Positions 59,101 through 64,000 of a DNA stretch of 64,000 bases are shown in pieces. The notes beneath the pieces are model-generated. The model saw only the letters and a list, made by a program, of their open reading frames with translations, had not been told where the DNA came from and made no database searches. Each line of letters begins with the position of its first letter. Position 1 is the stretch's first letter. The DNA is taken from the NCBI GenBank assembly GCA_965112155.1, contig OZ218104.1. One strand, 5' to 3'. The DNA is from Podarcis liolepis. Taxonomy: Eukaryota. Both the position numbers and the translations under genes were made by a program.

Positions 59101-62100
59101 GCATCATCTGCAAATGCTCATTGTGTCTTTGAGCAACCCTCACGCTTGCAAGGATAGTGGCCTAGCTCTTGCTAAGACATTGCAGCTACACCTGGCTATA
59201 GTACATCAGATTAAATGTACCTGAGGGATCCTCTGATTAACTGATCCTTCCCCATGAAGAAGAAATGTCTGCAGAAGGAGCTCAGAGCCCTTCCTCTCCC
59301 CAACAATTTTCCACATAGGGGGTTTGTTGTTTTGGCACGCAGGGACATTTTGTCATGTGGCTCCCCCATGAAATGTCTGGAGTGATGCAGCCCACAGACA
59401 GCTCAGAGCCCCAAAAGCAGAGCTGCTTTGCAGGAGCTGCACCTCCTCCCAGGTGTCTCCCTCCCTGGGCAGGTATTCCTCACTGCTAGCAAGTCGGGTT
59501 TCCTGGATTTGCTGGAAGTGTTCGAAAAGAAAGCTCCCTGGACTGTCTTTTACCTGCCTTGCTGTTTGGCAGACGTTTATGGCTTTGATTCTTGTTGCAT
59601 TTGAATGGTAATCATTTCCTACCCCACCACCACCACCCCTGTGCAAACGGAGCCAATAAAATTTGATTAGATGAAATCAGAATGGTGCCCTATCGTCTCC
59701 TGTAGGAGAAAAGGGATCTCTGTAGCACCCTCCATCTCTCCCACTCACATCTTTTAGCTTGGTGAGCCTCAGTTCCTCCAGGAAACCTGAGCAGTGCATT
59801 TTCATTATCCCCCATTTCACCCTGTAAGCTACAGAAAATCCAGGTTGCCTGAGTCAGCTGGAGGTGGAACTCTTTGAAGAGTCGCCTGGGAACAATCTGG
59901 GTCAGTTTCCCCACCGCCAAGGAAATTAATAGACCGAGCCTCTGGCAGAGCATGGCTTTTTCCACAAAGGAACAGGTAGAAGGAGGAGCAGAGCTCCTGC
60001 CATCCTCCCGCTCATTTGCACAGCCTTCCCCAAGCTGGTGCCTTCTAAATGTTTCGGTTACAGCCTTCCTCACAATCGCTAACCATTGGTCATGCTGGCT
60101 TTTGGGGTCGCTTTGAGTTGGAGACCAGCATCAGTAATCTGGAGGGCACAAAGCTTTGGAAGGCTGGTGGATGTGGTTGCCTAGGGGAGGCACTGTTTTT
60201 GGAATCATGGAATTGTAGAGTTGGAAGGAACCACTCGGATTATCTAGTGCAGCCCCCCTGCAATGCAGGAATCTTTTGCCCAACGTGGGGCTTGAACCCA
60301 CAACCCTGAGATTAACAGTCTCATGTTCTGCCAACTGAGCTATCCTAGAACTTGTGGCATCCCTGTTACTGATAGAGCACATCTGGGGCTGCAGAGTTCT
60401 GAAGCACCCCAGAAACACTTGTGATTGCCCTTGCAGTCACTTCTGGTTCTATACATCATTCTTAGATTCTGGGCTTGCTTTGGAATGAGATTTATCACTC
60501 AGGAGTGCTCCAGAGTCACAGGGGCTGAGATGGGCTGGTTAAGGTATCTTTTACAAGACAAAACTGAAGGCAACAGCTCTATTTGCAAGGAAGGGATTCG
60601 CCAGCGATCAAGCCTGACACTTTCCCCATCTTCAGGAGATTGGAGCCCCCACTGCACAGTCTGACCTCCTGCCCCCAAGACCACCCACCACTCTGGAAGC
60701 TATGTTTGCATTTCTCACCATCCAGGGACAGCCAGTCGTGCTGAGAGGAAGGCAAGGGTGGCAGTGCCCGTGCTTTGTACTCAAAGACCACCGAGTTGGA
60801 GATGATCTGGTTGTTGAAGGCCACTTGCAGAGTGACGAGCCCCGTGTCATGAGCTGAAAGGCAAAGGGAGACGGTGGCTTTTAAGAAAGTGATCCCAACA
60901 CACGGAAGCCTTCACTGGGCACCTGCAAAACACACCTTTCTCATTGTGTTGGGGACTGTGGCAACTCCCTCTCCTCCCCACCACCTGCCCTTTCTGGAAG
61001 CAGAGGCTGGCTCTCTGTCTGCTGCAAAGTGGTAAGGTAAAGGTAAAATTTCCCCGGACAGTTAAGTCCAGTGAAACTATGGGATGCGGCGCTCATCTTG
61101 CTTCAGGCCGAGGGAGCCTGCGTTTGTTCGCAGACAGCTTTTTGGGTCATGTGGCCAGCATGACTATTTAAACAACAAACTGAACAACAGGACAGCTTAA
61201 ACAATGCAATAAAACTAGGACGGCAGCAGCAGGTGGGGAAAAAATCTATATGAAAAGCAACAGATCAGAAGACAGATCTACCGACACGACAGTCAAATTG
61301 AACCTCCATGCTCAGAGGCCGTGTCCCTACAAATAACAGATGCTGGAAACGAATGGCGGGGAGGGCTTCCTTACTCCTCCCCAACTCATAGGTTTCCAGG
61401 AACCTGGCATGCTGCGGTTGGAAGCCAAAGGCTTGAACTGGCCCCTGAAGGACCAGGTGTGCAGCCTGGGAGTCATTTTAGACTCACAGCTGTCCATGGA
61501 GGCACAGGTTAATTCTGTGTCCAGGGCAGCTGTCTACCAGCTCCACCTGGTACACAGGCTGAGACCTTACCTACCTGTGGACTGTCTCGCCAGAGTGGTG
61601 TATGCTCTAGTTATCTCCTGCTTGGACTACTGCAATGAGCTCTATGTGGGGTTACCTTTGAAGGTGACCCGGAAACTGCAATTAATCCAGAATGTGGCAG
61701 CTAGACTGGGAGTGGCCGCCAGGACCACATAACACCGGTCCTGAGAGATCTGCATTGGCTCCCAGTACATTTCCGAGAACAATTCAAAGTGTCGGTGCTG
61801 ACCTTTAAAGCCCTAAATGGCCTTGGTCCTGTATACCTGAAGGAGCGTCTCCACCCCCATCGTTCAGCCCAGACACTGAGATCCAGCGCCGAGGGCCTTC
61901 TGGCAGTTATCTCATTTTGAGAAGTGATGTTACAGGGAACCAGACAGAAGGCCTTCTCAGTAGTGGCGCCCGCCCTGTGGAACGCCCTCCCATCGGATGT
62001 CAAGGAAATAGGCAGCTATCTTATTTTTAAAAGACATCTGAAGGCAGCCCTGTTTAGGGAAGTTTTTAATATTTAATGCTGTATTGTTTTTAACACTCGA

Positions 62101-62159
62101 TTGGGAGCTGCCCAGAGTGGCTGGGGAAACTCAGCCAGATTGGGGGGAGGGGGTATAAA

Positions 62160-62208
<49 letters not shown>

Positions 62209-62465
62209 CAGCAGAGTGGCTCCTGAGTTCTGAAGCAAGCATTACAAGTGTGAAAAGGTGCCCCAGCTCTTTCTGATGCAATGCCTCCAGCAAAGTGGCT
62301 TTAAAACACACACACACACACACTCCTGGATTTCTCACCTGGGCAATAACAGCGTAGCACCCCCGGCTGTATCAAGGAGGCTGGCACTGAGATCTGGTCA
62401 AACAGGCAGCTGTAGTTATTGCTGGCCTCCTGCCAGGGCCCTGTGATCAGCACCTTCACACCCCC
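26078..62465 (-). CDS. CAMTA1: Calmodulin-binding transcription activator 1, 3' half (TIG end, ankyrin repeats, IQ motifs, C-terminus); gene begins beyond window end
   Basis: 15 phase-consistent GT-AG exons encoding GGVKVLITGPW...CYCP (TIG), GMTLLHLAAAQGY and TPLMWACALGH (ANK), IQRCYRKYK / IQSKFRSY / IQQFYRSY (IQ) and the CAMTA1 terminus SERIEKGQGT*. Confidence 0.97.
26570..27262 (+). mobile_element. Degenerate L2 LINE 3' fragment, interrupted by a CR1 tail insertion
   Basis: gattactgcaatg...ctaccctta...cttcagctggt parallels the DYCN..GLP...LQL region of the L2 at 61441-62160. Confidence 0.6.
26780..26847 (-). mobile_element. 68-bp CR1 3'-terminal insertion
   Basis: Reverse complement is identical to 45775-45842; ends in (ATTCTATG)-type repeats. 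Confidence 0.8.
34373..34731 (+). mobile_element. Full-length Sauria SINE
   Basis: tRNA-like head with A box tggcgctgtgg and B box ggttcgaatcc; (ACCTTT) tail; TSD taaggcctggctga / taaggcctagctga. Confidence 0.93.
37981..38011 (-). CDS. CAMTA1: CAMTA1 31-nt frame-switching microexon (SPLVDHRRYKR)
   Basis: gaag|CCCTCTGGTGGACCATAGGCGGTACAAAAGG|gtgagt; resembles human SPLVDHRLYKR and links in frame to SERIEKGQGT. Confidence 0.92.
39365..39770 (-). mobile_element. CR1 LINE ORF2 C-terminus and 3'UTR fragment
   Basis: RIRGHPVKL...RKYSF...IIKLWNLFP...TNLDGVKRGLDKFM. Confidence 0.85.
41789..41863 (-). CDS. CAMTA1: CAMTA1 exon (SSLLTKKQDQAARKIMRFLRRCRH)
   Basis: 75 nt, gcag| ... AG|gtgag. Confidence 0.95.
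41945..42130 (+). mobile_element. tRNA-derived squamate SINE (degenerate)
   Basis: gtagagcatctgcttt...agttcaatccc head; body similar to the reverse complement of 54731-54910. Confidence 0.7.
43170..43363 (-). CDS. CAMTA1: CAMTA1 exon with two IQ motifs
   Basis: 194 nt, YALYKKMIQAAILIQSKFRSYY...QQKLR. Confidence 0.96.
45438..45458 (-). CDS. CAMTA1: CAMTA1 21-nt in-frame microexon (LTWIALK)
   Basis: Long pyrimidine tract, caag|CTT ACT TGG ATA GCC TTG AAG|gtaatg; phase 0/0; matches the LTWIALK insert I recall from CAMTA isoforms. Confidence 0.9.
45775..45847 (+). mobile_element. CR1 3'-terminal insertion
   Basis: ...ttccaactctatgattctatgattcta tail; identical to 26780-26847 in the opposite orientation. 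Confidence 0.8.
47022..47093 (-). CDS. CAMTA1: CAMTA1 exon (GRPLREQQEVAAAVIQRCYRKYKQ, IQ motif)
   Basis: 72 nt, consensus splice sites. Confidence 0.96.
47685..47931 (-). CDS. CAMTA1: CAMTA1 exon (SLYIGPLTP...VQTVFRKYK)
   Basis: 247 nt; EFAQLTLSDHEQRELYEAA motif. Confidence 0.96.
48646..48833 (-). CDS. CAMTA1: CAMTA1 exon (VTMMTLAEHIIEATPERIK...AAQIR)
   Basis: 188 nt, phase 0 in, phase 2 out. Confidence 0.95.
50684..51198 (-). CDS. CAMTA1: CAMTA1 exon (ELRRPRSEP...HMDDLQ)
   Basis: 515 nt; PKKHKLNP motif; consensus splice sites. Confidence 0.95.
52098..52413 (-). CDS. CAMTA1: CAMTA1 exon (MWACALGH...; ankyrin repeats)
   Basis: 316 nt. Confidence 0.96.
52758..52836 (-). CDS. CAMTA1: CAMTA1 exon (TKHADSIDLELEVDPLNVDHFSCTPL)
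   Basis: 79 nt. Confidence 0.95.
53934..54130 (-). CDS. CAMTA1: CAMTA1 exon (CVSGAA...GMTLLHLAAAQGYATLIQTLLKWR)
   Basis: 197 nt; first ankyrin repeat. Confidence 0.96.
54731..54910 (-). mobile_element. tRNA-derived squamate SINE
   Basis: Minus strand ttagtggtagagc...gcatgctgaaggttccaggctcagtc...tactgagctagatggaccaat; same family as 41945-42130. Confidence 0.7.
55144..55292 (-). CDS. CAMTA1: CAMTA1 exon (ENQFRMSILERLEQMERRMAEM...SQAQ)
   Basis: 149 nt, phase 1 in, phase 0 out. Confidence 0.95.
57120..58240 (-). promoter_or_regulatory. CAMTA1: Intragenic CpG island in CAMTA1; probable internal promoter with alternative first exon ending at 57513
   Basis: Very CpG-dense; CCAAT at 57631 and 57707; TGACATCA 57651-57658; perfect donor CAG|GTAAGT at 57513/57512 in the gene's orientation. 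Confidence 0.75.
58690..59110 (-). mobile_element. CR1 LINE RT-region fragment
   Basis: LNMSQHCDMAAKK..ILG..NR.IVSKS.EVIV..YSA.V.P.LE..VQ, typical of CR1 ORF2. Confidence 0.8.
60202..60345 (-). mobile_element. tRNA-Lys-derived SINE with CR1-derived 3' tail
   Basis: 60345-60278 closely resembles vertebrate tRNA-Lys(CTT) and is fused to a CR1-type 3' end (ttccaactctacaattccatgattc). Confidence 0.85.
60719..60853 (-). CDS. CAMTA1: CAMTA1 exon (AHDTGLVTLQVA...WLSLD; TIG domain end)
   Basis: 135 nt. Confidence 0.96.
61031..61146 (-). mobile_element. 5'-truncated Sauria SINE
   Basis: Reverse complement matches the 3' third of 34373-34731, including the ACCTTT tail. Confidence 0.85.
61441..62205 (+). 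mobile_element. L2-clade LINE 3' fragment with (ATT)n tail
   Basis: SLGVILDSQLSM...LVISCLDYCN..YVGLP...LQLIQN.AARL, then HITPVL..LHWLP in a shifted frame; (ATT)15 at 62161-62205. Confidence 0.88.
62339..62465 (-). CDS. CAMTA1: CAMTA1 exon (GGVKVLITGPW...LRCYCP; TIG domain)
   Basis: 127 nt; missed by the ORF track but consensus splice sites and clear homology. Confidence 0.96.
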
Positions 62466-64000
62466 CTGCAGAGGAAAAAAGCAAGCAGAGCAGGGAATGG
62501 GGGTCAGGAGGAGTCAATCTTGGACCACTCTTGGCTGCCTCCTCTCAGGGGCTCCCTCCTCCTCCTGCCCCACAAAGTTACTGGCATTTGCCACAGAGAG
62601 AGGAAATAAGAGCAGGAGTCATATGGATGTCAAGGGGCTCTCAGCCCTGGCGGCCAATGCCTGCTGCATGTGGGACAACCAAGACCAGGCAAGCAGGCAG
62701 GGCTCCATGGCGAGGTAGGAGGGCCTCCCCTATCTAAGAGGTGGCTTTCGGTTGGGAAATGGAAGTGTGGAGCTGTGTTTGGTTCAAGGTGCCCCACTGA
62801 GGCTTTGGACTACAACTCCCATCATCCCCAGCTGTCACGGCCATATTGTAGCCCCAAACATTGGAAAGGCATCACTCAGCAAAGGCTAGCTTTGTGGGAA
62901 CCAGAGAACAACCATGTGCCGCACCATCAGATACTGTCTTCCTTATTTCCTCCAACAAAGTCCTGCAATCAATGCCACCTAGTAGACAGGAAGCTAAGTG
63001 TAAACAGGGCAGATGTGAGCTGGTATTCAGCTAAGACCTATGCAGAGAGTAGAGCCACTGAAATTAATGAACCTAAGTTGCTCATTTCTGTTAACTTCAA
63101 TGGGCCTACTCTGAGTAGGACTAGCATTGGACACCACCAGCAGGGGTTCAAATACCACTCCTGGCTTCAGTTGACTCTGTGGCCTAGAGAAGTCGCTATT
63201 TGCCTCAGTTCCCCATCTGAAAGAATGGACAATGCAGTAACCTATTGTCTGATGAATGTTATCAGGCATGTTCACCGCCCAGCTTTCTTCCCAATAAGGA
63301 CCTCAAAGCTTGTTGCCATTCCACCTGAAGGAAAGCCCCTTGAAGGAAGCAGGAGAAATAACAACCAATCCATCAATACTGGAACCACAACACAGGAGAG
63401 AGACATTCAGACTTCCTTTCCAAAGCCCTTCCAGAAGAAGGGAGCTGCTGCTGAAAAGGTCTCTCTCCCCTCGCCTGCAGCTCCTTCAGGCTGAAATTCT
63501 CAGGGCCCAGCTAGACAGTACGAGACAGAAGTGGGTCACAGTCTCCTGATTCTGCTAAAAAATGTAAAAGAGCCTGGAGGAGCAGCAACAGGGGAGGGTC
63601 ATCTTAACCCACTCTCCCTCTGCCTGTTTTTCAGAACAATATTGTGCCCTGACTCACTATGAGGAAAAGACACAATATTTCCCACTGTGGGCATTTTCAG
63701 TGAGAAATGGCTCTGTGGGGAAAGCCACGGTAGCTTCCTGCAGCTGCTGCTTATTCTGCAAAGAAAACTGACCCTTGACTCTGAAGGGAGGACTTGTTTT
63801 AGCCTAAGTTGCCTGGGAGACAGAATCAAATGTGGGCCGGGGGAAGGAGAGGCCTCTGTCCCACTGCTGCCTCTGTCCAAGCAAGTAGGACAAGAAACAT
63901 CTTCAGGTTGCAGAGCCGCCCTGCATTGGTTTCTGCTGAAGAGGAAATGCCACATTTGGGCAGGAGATCTAAAAACCTGAAGAGAAACCGAAATATGCTT

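Noticed and set aside
60278-60345. Possible tRNA-Lys gene
   Set aside because: Anticodon reads GTT instead of CTT, the D-stem and 5' acceptor strand are damaged, and it is fused to a CR1 tail, so it is a SINE head.
62670-63494. 274-aa plus-strand ORF
   Set aside because: Crosses two repeat remnants antisense within a CAMTA1 intron; no domain-like features.
1-64000. CRISPR array, operon or other prokaryote-type system
   Set aside because: No regularly spaced repeat-spacer structure; the sequence is intron-rich vertebrate DNA explained by three genes and transposon relics.

Overview
This is eukaryotic (vertebrate) genomic DNA, almost certainly from a squamate lizard: it carries a full-length Sauria-type SINE typical of lacertids, plus CR1 and L2 LINE fragments and lizard-type MITEs. 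It holds the conserved syntenic block CAMTA1-VAMP3-PER3, with all three genes on the minus strand. I resolved the 3' half of CAMTA1 (15 coding exons, 62465 to ~26047, including two microexons, an internal CpG-island promoter and a long 3'UTR running into a 155-N gap). I also resolved complete VAMP3 (5 coding exons, 103 aa) and the 5' end of PER3 (CpG promoter plus 4 coding exons, reaching PAS-A). Every coding-exon junction was checked by hand for GT-AG sites and phase continuity. I see no prokaryote-type system (no CRISPR, operon or defence island) and no convincing new protein-coding gene. The best second-look candidates are: (1) a two-helix long-range RNA structure behind the frame-switching 31-nt CAMTA1 microexon, whose non-Watson-Crick pairs are all G-U on the sense strand only; (2) a VAMP3 whose SNARE-motif substitutions fall on clostridial neurotoxin cleavage and recognition residues; (3) a hairpin masking the 5' splice site of the 21-nt IQ-region microexon; (4) an internal promoter predicting a CAMTA1 without its DNA-binding domain; (5) an apparent 2-nt frameshift in one CAMTA1 C-terminal isoform; (6) a solo LTR pointing into the PER3 promoter and a strong-context PER3 uORF. 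Comparisons with human or mouse proteins are from memory and need alignment to confirm.
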